Below are positions 22,147 through 35,500 of a stretch of 64,000 nucleotides of DNA, piece by piece; within the stretch, counting starts at the first letter, position 1, and every line of letters starts with the position of its first letter. The position numbers and the translations under genes are program-made. Source of the stretch: Oculina patagonica (taxonomy: Eukaryota); the NCBI RefSeq assembly GCF_052425735.1, contig NC_135770.1:18352001-18416000 (forward strand). The letters are read 5' to 3'. Under the pieces are notes generated by a model. The model had not been told where the DNA came from, did no database searches, and worked only from the letters and a program-made list of their open reading frames with translations.

Positions 22147-25100
22147 GGTTAAAGACACCACCCAACGCTCTTTTTTCAACCAAATTGGCTTTAATCGTAT
22201 AGTTCTAGTAAGCAATTCCTTGTAAAAGCCCGGTTTTTACCAAACGCGGCAAAACACTAGGGCATTAAAGGCGCGAACTTCGATGTATGTGACCTAACCA
22301 CCCTTGAGAGATAAGATGACGAAACCCCCGTGGGATTGATAATATCAGGTGCACCGGATTGATTCTTGCGTGTTTATCACAGACTGATCCGCAACCGGTC
22401 CAATCTGCGACCAAACAGGATGAGGAGTATCGTGTAGCATTCAACATGCGCTTTGAAGAATGTGGTGGGAGGCCTTTAGATCGGATGATGTGTTGACTCA
22501 TAACCGGCAGGTCTCTCTTTCTGAATGAGTTATTGAAAGGGCTCACGCTGTTTGTTTTTAACACCAACGAAAACTGTTTCTATTCGACTTTCCGCTAGAA
22601 TAGCAAACACAGGAAGCAAGCAAGTCTCTAGGTGCATGCTGCTTTGAGAGGTTTCGTGACTGAGACTAAAGTGAATGAACAAATTAATCAAAAGAATTAA
22701 AACAAAATTATCACGATTTCTTCACATGCCTGTAGCCAAAAAATATCGAGAACATTTAACTCATCACGTACAAAACTCAGTGAGTATAAAGTTTTCTAAA
22801 CATTTGTATAAAATTCTACACAGATACTTGTAATGTTGATAAACTACCAATAAAATGTAAAAAATGCCGTGATGTCATAGTCAAAAGACCTCCCGTATCG
22901 TCCAACAAAACGGAACAGCTATGTTGTTGTTTAAACAACAGCTCACGAAACCACGACGTCGGCGGATGTATTTCAAGCACTTGTCGAGGTGTCCAAGGAA
23001 GCCCCTGTTGTCTCATGCAGAGTTCTCAAAACCTTAATAATAATTTCTACATGTATGTTTTATACCCGGCAGTATATTTGCAAATGTTGAGTGTTGGTAG
23101 CAATGCATTGGTAATACTGGGAACTGGTCAGTTACGGACCCGGCCCGGGGTTACGGACCGACCATAAATAGAAGCTCTTATACAATCGAGAGGCTCTCAG
23201 GAGCTTTATGGTGGTGCGGTGGAAAAAAGCACGATGTTTCGAGTCAACAGATCATGTACGTGGTTTGAATAGCTTTAAATTGATATCTTTATTTTCTAAT
23301 CAAGAGTGGCAATCCCCGACGTAGCTTAGCCCCCTCAAAGCGACAGGAGGAAGGCTCAGCTTGCCTTGATGCTTAAAATACAAAAAGAAATTTGAAAAAT
23401 AACGGAAAAAGCGAATGGGCAGAATTTATAGAGCGTTACGTGTCCCTTTAATCAAAATAAACCTTTTCATATTTATGCCTTTTAACTGTTGTAAACAACA
23501 GTAATGAACATGTTTACTCGGCCTCTAGCGTGCATTGAATGCATGATATTTTTTTCCAACCGCAAGGGTAAATTGAACTTAATCTTTTCAGTAAACGGAA
23601 ATCAGAACTATCTTACGAACTTCCTAATTTAACACGTCTTTAAGTTATAAGAGAATTGAAAGACACCGACGATTTTGCGTCGGTGTATCAATAAAGGATG
23701 GCCGAGACACTTTCCCGTCCAGTTTTCTCATAATACACGAAAACGATCCCAACGCGTACGCTGTGGACGTGATACGTTGCAGATAAATTTCAACTGCGTA
23801 GTAGGTTAAGAGTGCTATCTAAAAATACTTCTAGAGGACGTGATGTGTTTTAAGAGTTTGTTAAAGTGTTATTCTGGAACATATCAAGTTGCCCAAGCCA
23901 AATGTTTATCGACTAGAAAGGGAACCACAAATTGCCCTCGCGAGGAAAAGTGGGATCAGCTAGCTTAATAAATATGACTATTTTTGGAAAATTGACCTCT
24001 TCTTGATCAGATATGATGATAAACTAAATCTCATTCTTTTTTTTATTAAGGCAGTATATATTTTAATGTTATTAAACTAGACTTTACACAGCAATGCTAA
24101 GGAATGCAAGGGTTAAGCTAAACGAACTGCGATGTCATTGCCCTGATATGATGAAAAAAAATGTTTGCGGTTATGCTGTATTTTAGAGAAAATAGAAATA
24201 CGAATAAAAATGTACAGCTATCACTTAACTTCAAAAGATTGCCAACTAAGACATACCAATGTTACCGAACTTATTTTTTTTTATATTTATTGTGGTAAGA
24301 CAGTGCGCAGTCAGTGTGCGCCATGATGGAGGCTAACTGGAAGGGGCAAATTTTACTTCACGTATCATAGATTGAGATATCAACATGGTATAGCTGAGAT
24401 TATTTTAGATCTACACAAGAATATTACTTGCGACAATTGCAAATTCCTATTGCAGGCGATATCGAAGAGAAAAGAAAAAAAAAAACAACGACAACAAAGG
24501 AAAACAGACGAAGAGATTACCGCACAAAAAAGCAACGTTAACCAAAGAACGCCGGAATGCCGACGAATGGAATGAGCTATTTTGAACAACAACAAAATTG
24601 GAAATATTTTTGTTACGGATATTTTAAATTGAATTTGAGCAATAAGACCACATTTGAAACCCCCAAATCCGACCCTGATATTACGTGCACATAAAGTTGG
24701 TAAGTTTGTTTACATTTCAGTTTGTTTACACATCCCGCGCCGGCCGCCATTATTAAAATTTGCACAGTTTTTCTGTTGCCGTGAGTAAACGACCGCTGAC
24801 AGTAAACGAGAATTTCTATGAAAAGTTACACTGAGTTGGGACTAATTTTCAGAACGTTTTTTTTTTTTAATAGTTTAATTAAGTATTGTTCTTTTTCTCT
24901 GGAAAAAAAAAACAAATATATATATTTATTCTGTAGCCTATTTTTACCGGACATCCGTTCTTAAGTAAACTGTTCCGAATTTTATTAGACGTGTGTATCA
25001 TGGGTTTAATCAACTTTTGGGAGGGAAATTTTCGCACTTCTTCGAGATGCATATGCCTGTACGTAAAGACAAAGTCATAACAACTTTAAGATTATCTCTT

Positions 25101-26068
25101 TCACTCCCAAGAGTACCCTATAATTCAAAATGTAAAATAAGCCCAAATTTAACTATGAAGTTAAACACTGAAAAAAACAAACATCACTACATGCAATCAG
25201 TCTGCAGTTAACTTTAATGTAAATGGTCTCAAAATAATGGTCGCACACACTAAGGTTGTCAGCAAACAGTACAATACCAAAGTTAACTGCTCAAGGTACT
25301 TAGTGAATGGTCACACATTGCGGCTTCATCAGTTTGCATAAAAGTTAAAGCCAAAGAAAGACTTGCGGCAACAAGATTTGCCTAACTCGACGGCTGAAGG
25401 AAAAAACGCCCACATATGCGAGAATCGCATTTCATTTTTGCCAGGCATAACGGATCGCATATTTTGCACACAATACGAATAAAGCCATTTTGTTCGGAAC
25501 AGGCAAAGCATTCTTTCGTTAAAAGGTCGTCCTCGCCGACTGATATCTTAAGTAAATTATTATGCTATAAGTCTTGACTTTTTGCTAAAGAGATTAACAT
25601 AAATGCCGCTTCCAGACATTGCTATGTTAGTTATGTACTTGAAGACCATTGTTATCATGGACATATAATTATCATGTCAGGGTTCACACTAATGTGAATC
25701 GAATATATAGATAATTTTTAAAGCCGATTACGCGGCCCAGAAGAAAGCAGTTGTTTGTTACGGTTTAATATAATTAGTTAATAAACATATTGAGTTATCC
25801 CAAGTGATTCATTTGGCATTAACCCTTTCGTCTTCTTCTTATTCCGCCCAAACGTGACACAAAGTGGCATTTAAGTATTTGCACATGAAACAAAATTGTT
25901 CGTTCCTCTTGTGCGGACGGCATAAAAGGAATGTTTGCATTCACTTTTTTTCAAGAATGACAAGAATATCATAACAATAGGTGTATTTTCTGCCATACCA
26001 CTTAATCAAAAGAAGCCTGCCTAACTAAAAAAAGTGTGAATCAGTAGAAAGACCACAGGAAAATCAAG

Positions 26069-26710
26069 AGCGTCCTGAAGGGGACCACCCATTCCCAGCC
26101 ATTGCCCCCCCCCAGCCATTGTCAATCCCAGTCCCACAGTGATTCCCAGTGCGTGGATCTGGTCTCAGCGCAGTCGTGGGATGTCTAGAATGTATCCACT
26201 CCCTGATTTTTCCCTCGTGCCCGGGCGGGGTCCTCCCAAAAAATTATGGTAATTTAAGTCGTAGAGATCGATCGTTCAGTCCGACGGGCCGCCATCTTGG
26301 TTTACAAACGCGAGCGAAAACTGGGGAGAGTGCAAAAATCCCAACGTGGGTGGCGGGGCGGAACCATCGATCTCTACGACCACGGAAAAATAGGGGACTG
26401 TGAACAGTCTAGTAGAAAGACCACAGGAATGCCGAGCCTCCTGCTAGCCTGCCACTCCGCTCCCACTTTGTGAGGTCCTTTTGCTGACTCTCCGTCCGCG
26501 GCCTCGCCCCGCGCCCCCACCCCCCGCGCCGGGCCCCGCCCCCCCCGCCCCCGGCCCGCTCCCCCCAGTGCCCCGAGGACCCCCACCGCCGCCAAGCTTG
26601 GCTCAAGGGGCCCTTACCCCTGGGGGGGCCCCCCACAGGGAGCCGGTGGGGAGCGCGCGCCCCCGGCCAAGCCCCGGACCCAAGAGCCGGGCGTCACCCT
26701 TCAGGACCCT
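26069..26710. mobile_element. GC-rich composite element with short TIRs
   Basis: TIR AG(C/G)GTCCTGAAGGG at both ends. Direct repeat AATCAAG at 26062-26068 and 26711-26717. Contains a MITE fragment with IR GTCGTAGAGATCGAT / ATCGATCTCTACGAC (26258-26379). Confidence 0.55.
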
Positions 26711-27240
26711 AATCAAGACTTGTATTTAAACTTTGTGCAAAGAAGCAGATTATTATTATTTTGGACTCGAAAAGAAACTGACAAAACTCAGTATGTTAGG
26801 AATTTGCTCTTTATATGACAGCAAATTAAGGGAACAACTGATTTTTATAATTTGAATAAAAAAATATGTTTTTAAATAAAATTTAGGTATCATTATTAAT
26901 TTTATTAAACGTTTTCGCGCTTCACCACAGCACTTGTTAATCTCGGGTATGCTCTTTTCACTGACTGATGAAACAAAAGAGTTACTTGTAGCGTCAAGCC
27001 GGAGTCTCAAGAGGAGATTGTTTGTGATCAAATGTTAATCGAAAAACAACTAAAAGGTAAAGCAAATGTATAGGAAGCAACTATGGCTGAACTAAAGAAA
27101 GGGAGTGAGTTCACTTTTGATTAAACTCACAAAAGACAAAAGCAAGTCAACACAAATATTGCACCCACCTGCTTGCGACTTCGTTTTATCAGTGCGTGAA
27201 TATTAATTAAAAATCTGTTCATTTAAACTTTTTGTACACC

Positions 27241-27322
27241 GACGAGGTGGCCGAGTGGTTAAGGCGTTGAACTGCTAATCCAATGTGCTCTGCACGCGTG
27301 GGTTCGAATCCCATCCTCGTCG
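27241..27322 (+). tRNA. tRNA-Ser (anticodon GCT)
   Basis: GACGAGG/CCTCGTC acceptor stem with G discriminator, A-box TGGCCGAGTGG, long variable arm GTGC-TCT-GCAC, B-box GGTTCGAATCC, anticodon at 27274-27276, downstream T5 terminator. One A:C mismatch in the anticodon stem. Confidence 0.95.
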
Positions 27323-27919
27323 ATACATACACAATTTTTAATCAAAGAAACTTTTTTTAAGGTGTAAACCTTTCAAATATTTTGAATATATAATTCGTTT
27401 AATTGTTTTGTTCGCAATGGAAGCTTTGTGATTTAAAGTTATTGCCTTCTATTTTATTAACAATCCCGAAGGAGGCCGGTTAAACTTGTTTTCCTGAAAA
27501 AAAAAAAAAAGCAATTGTTAATAATGAAGATGAAGGTAAAAGTTTCGGATACAGTAAAGTTCTTTTTAAAATATCGCTACAAAATTAAAAGTTTTACAAC
27601 GCACAAAACGTAGTTCGAATAGCGCATAAGAGATCAAAAGTCTGGTACCGAGTCTTTCTTATGTCGGTGGGTCGGCGGATGGGTAGGTGGGTCGGTCGGT
27701 CATAGTGGTCACGAATAGAAGACAGTTGATTCTTTCTTGCCAAGGGAAAAGCCCTTGGAACGAGGTTGGTCTGTTGGTTAATGGCTCCTTGACTTGCTTG
27801 CCTGCTATCCCACTCGCTCACTCGTTCGCTATTTTGTTCGTTTGTTCATTTGGGTCGTGCGGCGTTCGTCCGCCCGTCCGTCTGTTTAATCGCGAACGTC
27901 CGTCTGTTTAATCAGCCAT

Positions 27920-28286
27920 TAGGAAGCTTAAGCAAACTACAACGGCAACGAGAACGAGAACGTTACAAAACAAAAGGTTTGATGAGCGGAATAATAACTC
28001 TGCACGTATGTTTTAAATCTTGGTACATTTCTTGGCCGTTCTCTGTAAAACAACGTGAGATGACCAAATTCTGCGTATTTTGGAGAACGTGAACGGCGAC
28101 GGCCAAATTTACGTATTTCTATTTGGAGTTGGGTGTTTTCTTAACACATTCAGCTGGAGCTAGTCCTTAACCAATACATACATTGAATACATCTGGATAT
28201 CCGCGATATTCTCGAGTAAAATATAAATTATATTTTTGTCAAGGCGTTGCCCTCGGCGTCGCCTTTGTCATTGCTTAAGCTCCCTA
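27920..28286. mobile_element. MITE
   Basis: TIRs TAGG(A/G)AGCTTAAGCAA / TTGCTTAAGCTCCCTA. Confidence 0.75.
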
Positions 28287-29471
28287 ACTATTCCAGTAGC
28301 ACTCTGACGGCGATTTATAAGTAATGTCTGTAACGATGACAGTGTCTGAACATAATTTTTTTAAAGGAAATAACGTTCAACACGAACACCCTTAAAGAAT
28401 GGTCAAACACCGAAATTGTCATGATAAGATTTTTATTGATATTTTCAGCAATTAACAAAACAAATGCGACGAATTGTACCTTAAATGTAGTTTACACGGT
28501 GAATGTTGATAACATTTGGCGTTTAAATATACTTTTGAAATAATTCTTGTTTTATGAACTTTTTGATATACCTTTTATATTTTTTTTAACGAGAATTTCA
28601 GCTTTTCGGCCGATATTTTGTATAACGTAAATGTTTCCAGTACATGTACACAGTTGAATTCGTCAAAATAAATAGCGAAAACACATTGTCAATGTGTTTT
28701 TGTGCATCAGTGTTGTTTTGGCGTGAAGGAAAAGAAGCTACGTCACGGAACTGTAAGCGCTTCTTATTCTATATACAAACTAGTCTGAATTTCGACTTAA
28801 ACCTAAAACAAATGGTTTTGAAATAAAGCCATCTAATAAGTACGATGTTAAAGTAATTAAAACGGGTTACATCACGAAACTTGGATGACTGTCTTCAGCT
28901 GCTAAAAAAAACGTGCTGCTTGGATAATGCTAGAACATCACTTGTTTTTTGTTAAGAATCACCAGTTATAACGTGACAGAGCCCCTTTCAATTCAAATTT
29001 ATTGTAAAATTAAGTTCGTAAATGAAAAATTGGCTAATCGTTTCCGTGTAAGTAAGGTTGCTAGGTACGACTGTCCTAACTCCAGAAGTGAAGATGTCTG
29101 ATGGCTCCTAAGGTTCCGCGCTAAACTTTTAGCTGCAACACGAATTGGGCTGTTTGAAGTATTGCTACTCCCATGGTTGGGATTCTAGCCAGTGACAGGC
29201 TAGTCTCAGCATTTAGTCCGTGCTTCTTAACATGAGTGTTAGAAGTCCCTTGTCTTAGACAGACACAACACGATAACATCGGCTGCACTGGAAAAAGAGT
29301 ATGTGGGAGCCGGCAACCTCCTAATCTCAAATCCACTGACATGCCAGTTCTTCCATCACCGTGCCTCCACCGAGTGACTTAGACCATCTGAAGCGAAGAC
29401 GTCAACGTAACATAGGCATTGACTGCAGTGGTAAAATGACAAGCACAAGAAAAGATATTTCGTCTTTGCCA

Positions 29472-29589
29472 TTAAACCGTGGAGATCTTTTCACCAACTT
29501 CTGCCCTTGTTGGCTTTGGAGATTTCTTAGTAGAGCAATGCGCGTTTGTGGTAGTTTCTGCGGGGAATGATGGACTTGATTGACCATTT
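29472..29589 (-). CDS. RhoGEF last exon (...PTRAEVGEKISTV*)
   Basis: ttcttgacag| acceptor, phase 2, TAA at 29474-29472. Confidence 0.8.
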
Positions 29590-32500
29590 CTGTCAAGAAA
29601 AATAAAAGTACAAAAGTTAGCCCCATAAAATAGCATACATCATATATGTTAAGTGGGGTTCTTCCTTCCCTTCGGTAAAGTCCGATCGTGTATAACTTGT
29701 ATACAGAGGAAATTGGAAAATCAGTATATTTAACAATTGCCTTGCGAAATCGCGAGGAATATCGCCTGATAGGCCTTAGGCCGAGTTGTCTAAAATCAGA
29801 CGATATTCCGAACGCCAAGTGAGCAGGATAATTGTTTTATTATTCAACAAATTGAACTATGGTTGTGCAGCGCTTTGCGAAAGTCTGACGAATCCTGGCG
29901 TGTATCTCAGGATATTTGTTACGTACGGAGGATAGATAACAAGGACTTTCGGCCCTAATTGGGTTTCGTAGCAATTTGCCGAATAATAAGTACATGTATA
30001 GAAAAATAGATTTGTTCCTGTCATACAGAAGGCAGCTGGCACGTTGAAAATCAAAGCTCACAACGCACATGACACTTGCCCACACCAAATGGACTTCGAA
30101 AGCGGACACTAAGTCACGGTTTCAGCTGTACAAACAAACGCTAACTTTTTTATTAAGTAACCATGATACACGTTTACTTCTTTAAAGATACTTACTTTTT
30201 CTTGGAGGAAAAGAACTGTTTCACCACATCTTTAAACTTGCGCTTATTTTTAACGCTGACTTCGTCAACATTATCGTCTCTTTCAACAGAAACCTCGTCG
30301 GGAGTGTTTTCCATTTCAGCGGATACCCAGTCACCCCAACTTCTTCTATTTAACTGAGAAAGTTTTCTTTTAGGTTCACTTGTGCCAGAAACGTTTGTGA
30401 GCGAGAAACTAAGCTTGTCCCTTTTCTCCTTTGAAGTTTTACGTGTCCTGCTATTGAGCGTGTTAGAAGGTGAGCTTCCAGGCGTTTCAGAAACTCCAGA
30501 ATCTGCCAGACTTTCTTGAGAAATACGCGACAAACTCTTCTTGCTCCCAGATAAGGGCGAAGACTCTCCGGAAAATACACTAGAGGTCCTCGAACAAACT
30601 GAATGTCGCGCGTTGTCAGACGGTCTCCTCCTTGCTAACAGTGATTGATGCCTAGGTATCCAAACGTCTGAAGGATTCTCAAGTGATTTATTCTTTTCTT
30701 TTGTCAAACTAGGATCCGACAACACCTTGTCTTTTATTTTGTTCTCGTGCTCTTTTAATTGTAAATTAGAGAGATATCCCAACGAAACTGGACGAGGTCT
30801 TGTAGGAGATGTAACAGCATTTTTCCTAACACATTTTCTGGATGGAGTACATGGTGGCGTTGAGCCCTTTGTAGAATCTTTATCGTCCAGCTTGACATTT
30901 CCATTTTCATCTTCAGTATTCTCTTGTCCTAGTACAGAAGTACTTTGCTCAATACAATTCTGATGGTCACTGTTTTCATTTTCTTTTGAAGGGGTGTCCA
31001 ATTCACCTAGGCTCTCCCTCTTGAACGGTTCCTCAGTCGACCGCCGCCATTTTTTGGACCTCCGTTGCCAGTTCCTTATCAAACTGTCAGCAGCCATTCG
31101 AAAAACGTTTTGTCTGTGACACAGAAAATGAAACAAACATTACTACATGTCGATATTATACTTGCAAAAGCCGGGTTTATAGGTTGTCGCAGTTGCTAAG
31201 GCTGCCATCTCTATTTAACTAATTTTACTGATAAAAAGCAGGTACATAATAAACAAAGATATCGATAATTTCTGTCTATTATAGACCATATTTTCAGACA
31301 TGATTTCTGTTCACCGCCATAAAGGTTATCCTGATTTCCGCGGTTTTTCTTTTTTATGTTTCAGCTCCCACTAGGTTAAGGGCCACCGTGTCTCTTTCAT
31401 TTTAGGGAAACTGTCAAAAGAATGCTAAAAAATTTCATCCAGACTTACCCTGAGTTCTTGTTGTCTTTTAGATCCTCACTATCTTCTTCTTCAATTACAG
31501 CAAACTCCTCATGGGCGTCTCGTTCATAGAATGTTTCCATGTCTCCGGTACTGACAGGCCGAGATCTCCTTCCGTCCGAGGTCCTCTCGTCAAATCCATT
31601 AGCGCGATGTAGTGTGGGAGACCCACTGATTAAAATAAAAAAGGAATAATAATTAAGCTATAAAATGAGCCATTCAGGTCATGTTGTTGTTGTTTGTGTG
31701 TTTCTGTGGTGTTATACAAAACATCGTAAGCATTGCTGGTGATTAATAATAAACAGTTGCTATGCTGCCTTGGCGGGCAAGTGTAAAAACATGACGCGCG
31801 TCACTTTCAATCATAAACCTGAAGGGATAGAGTTTATCTTAGTGTAAACCACAGAGGAAAATCGTTTATCTTACTTCTCTTCTGAAATAACAGCTTGAGA
31901 CGTGATACGCTCAGGTGATCCATCCTGCGAGCAAGTGTTTCCTGGTCCACCAGACTCCATCGACAGGGTTGATACGCTGCTGGTTCCCATAGATGCTCTG
32001 TGAAAATAACAAAAATGTTATCAACCTGTTTTGACATATGTTACAATCTCTATCGGAGCTGCAGCCTCAAACCTCAGTCCACCACATGGGAGGGACTAGC
32101 AGTTTTCAAATCAAGAGAAAATGTTAAGTGACAAATTGTTGTTTAGGTTATATTGCTTGTAGTCAAATAAGTTACGCACCTATCGTTGTCCTGTGAATTT
32201 TGTCTGTTCTTTTGAAGCTCTTTTCCCTTCTTCCTCAAGGACCTGTGAATACGTATTTGTATTTATCTAATTAATTTTGTACATTAGGTCTGAAAATCCC
32301 TGATTGGAGAGACTTAATAAAGTGTTTTTTTACTTACTTACTTACTTTACTTTACTATATTAGCTAATGAGTTAGATCAAGTGACAATATTAGCTAATGA
32401 ACTGTCCTGTACGTAGATTATATACAATATAGTCCGTAATTACTTGCTTGAGTACTTAGATCGAAAAGTTGAGTGACAAAAAAACGTCAAAGATGAAGCA

Positions 32501-35500
32501 AACATATAGATAAATAATGAACTTAATTTTAAAAAAAAGTTAATTTTGGGAGATGAGTGCCGAGAAAAAAATAACTAGATCAATAACAGGACATTGTCTT
32601 AATTTGGCACATTTAAATTGACATTAAGAAAAAATTATGGCTATCTGTATGGGGAACTGTGATCATAACAGCGTACATATAACTCCCTTTACCAAAACAA
32701 ATCAACTTACTTTCTTTTAAAGCTCCGTCGAATCTGAGAGTTGTTGGCAAGCTTGCAAGAGTTTTGAATGGAATCGTTTAGAATGTTAATCATCTGTTTC
32801 ATAGTTTCCAAGGCGTTCTCGATATGGAAACTGTCAGGATGTCCTGCATCGGTGTACTTTGAAAGTTGCTGTTAAAACGAAGGAAACAGAACATGAAAAC
32901 AATTATTTATTACACTTTTAAGTCCGTATATTTAGGATAATGAAATTTGTCAAGAATAATGTAACTTGAAACTGCGGACTTCTCGTAACGGTTCGTCCCG
33001 GATATAAGAACCAAGAACACAAGTATTGTGATGATGTGACACAATATAGAAAACAGTTTAGTATTACCCCGACAGATCAGAATAAAAACTGAACCTCAGA
33101 TGGACAGACCTACAGACTATTTTATAGCTTTTCGCTTACAAGGACTTCAGGTCCCAGTTAATTCAGTATGGGGGTCGTGCTAACAAATTTCTTCAGATAT
33201 GAATTCAAGACTAAACATATTGACGAAACTAGAGCTTGAAATATGGAAATTAGTTATTTGCTTGACTTTACTTACCCTAAGAAGAAGAACATATCGCGGA
33301 AGTCTTTGAATTGGAGTAAGAAGAAATGCAGGTAAATCTAGTCCTTCACATTCTGACTTTGATGAACAATTCTAAAATGTAACAAGAAAAATTAATAACT
33401 TAGTAACAGCAAAATTATCAAAAAAAGAAAAGGATAACTCTTCCAAAAACACCACATCACTTGAACATATTTGTAATATTTCTGACCACATCTGGTTTAA
33501 GAGTACAAGAATGACTTTCATTAAACACATCAGTGTTAGCTCAGAATATCTCGAGCATAGATAAAAACACTCGATGTCGGTGTAGAACTTTTTGAAAGAT
33601 GCATTAGTCAAAAACTAAGTAACTTTTAACAGCAAGATAAAATCAGTTTTAATCTCGTCCATCGGCAAAAAAGTCAAGGATTTCTTTGCTTCTGCAAATT
33701 AAAAGAAAAGGGGTTATATGTGTTTTATGCCTTTTACTGACTTACCTGTAAAAATTTCCTAAATTTTTGGGATCCTCTTGAACTCTTGTTTATTACGCCA
33801 ATCGCCTTGGGAAAGTTGTTCACGTAATTGGAATAAATTCGTAAAACATCAATCTGCGAATAAGAAAATGGAATCAGTAACAAGGAACACATGAAATAAA
33901 GTTACAAATTGCAGTGAAGAAACAATTGCGCTCAAGACCAATATCAGAACTTTTCTTTAAACCTCTGTTAAGGTTTACTCGTAAAAGATTATTAGCAGAG
34001 TTTGCTTCTGCAAAAAAGTTTTCAAGAATAACATACTGTATGTTATTTGTCTCCTGAAGACTTACTTTAGTATGATTAGGATAAAGATCAGTACTATTGT
34101 TCTATTTTCTCTATTTTTCAGTGTGTATCAGCGAATACACAAGAGAGAACTATCAACAGAAAATTAATATTCAGTCAAGGTCAAGGCTATGGAAACCAAC
34201 CTTTTATTTATATAAAAAAATTTAAGAGACTTCATAGCCTTTTCCACCAAAAGGGCTGGTGATAATGACTGCTAGCTAAAGTGAGCCAAACTTAGTAAGG
34301 AGTGGGACATTTTAAGCTTTATATTCAACTGACAACGTCACTAAGGAAAACGCTTTTTAGATATAAAGAGAGTTAAGTACATTTTATATGGGTAAATGGT
34401 TGTGACTTACGTGATAAGAGCCGCTAAGCTTAGTGAATATATCTCCAACGATGCCTTGTAACTTCCAGTTTTGAAGCCTTTCTTCTAAGTCCTTCATAAA
34501 ATGAGTGTGACTTGTAAGGATGTGTACCAGCTCTCCTGGAAATAGAATGCTAGAAGAAGAGAAATTACAAAGCATTAATTTGAGGCCCACATGCAATCAA
34601 AATTGAATTTGTTTTTGCTAAATCAATGCACTGTTAAGCAGGTGACGCAAATAAAGAGAGTAATCAGTTAAAGAATATTTGTCTTGCAGTACTGGAACCC
34701 CAATTACTGTACTTCTCATTACAGATATAAAAGAACAAAATAATGATCATAGTAATACACAGACTTTTTGTACTTCCTGCATTCAGAAAATTGTAGAAAT
34801 TGTAAAAAAGCTGGCAAAGCATGAAATAAAAATTAAAACTTTAGAGCAAATAAGTAGAAGGCGGCCAAAGTAAACTACCAACAACAGGTTAATAACATGA
34901 TATTTGAGCATGTATGATATGATTTCAAGTATATAAGACAGTCGTTATTGATATTGTTTTAAAATACATGTACTAAGACATTGCGCTTACTCTATGTCTT
35001 TTGAAGGAATTAAATTGCTCTCTCTCATTGGTTCCTCGAATACCTAAAAACAGAATTGTACAGGAATAAGAAAAATGTACCATCTAACGAAGGCTTTTTA
35101 AACTCTTTTAAATGATAAGTAACCATTAAAAACTTTATCGTTACATAGAATGGAGTGTCCTAAGTCTAAATTAAAACTCTACGTACTTTTAGTTTAAATG
35201 AGTTTGTTTTCCAGTTTCTATACAAAGTGTCAATATAGATTTTCGAAAACAGCAAATTTCAATTATCATACACGCGTTCGCCGCAAATAAACGTTTACAA
35301 CCCCTTGAGGTAGTCGTACAAATCTCACCTCTTTAAGAGTTCTTAGGCAGGAAAGATATTTCTTTTCTGTTTCCAAGATCTCCTTGGCAACCTGATATCT
35401 CTTTTCTGCATCGAGAGAAAAAACACAGACAAGTTGGCTTTTCGGCATTACGAAACACAGACAAAGTGGCTTTTTGTGATCAGAAAACACAGACAAATTG

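Noticed and set aside
26149-26729. Overlapping Pro/Gly/Arg-rich ORFs on both strands
   Set aside because: By-product of extreme GC content inside a repeat element; no splice context or domain signal.
29402-29818. 138-aa minus-strand ORF overlapping the RhoGEF last exon
   Set aside because: Wrong frame relative to the phase-2 splice; its upstream part is intronic repeat.
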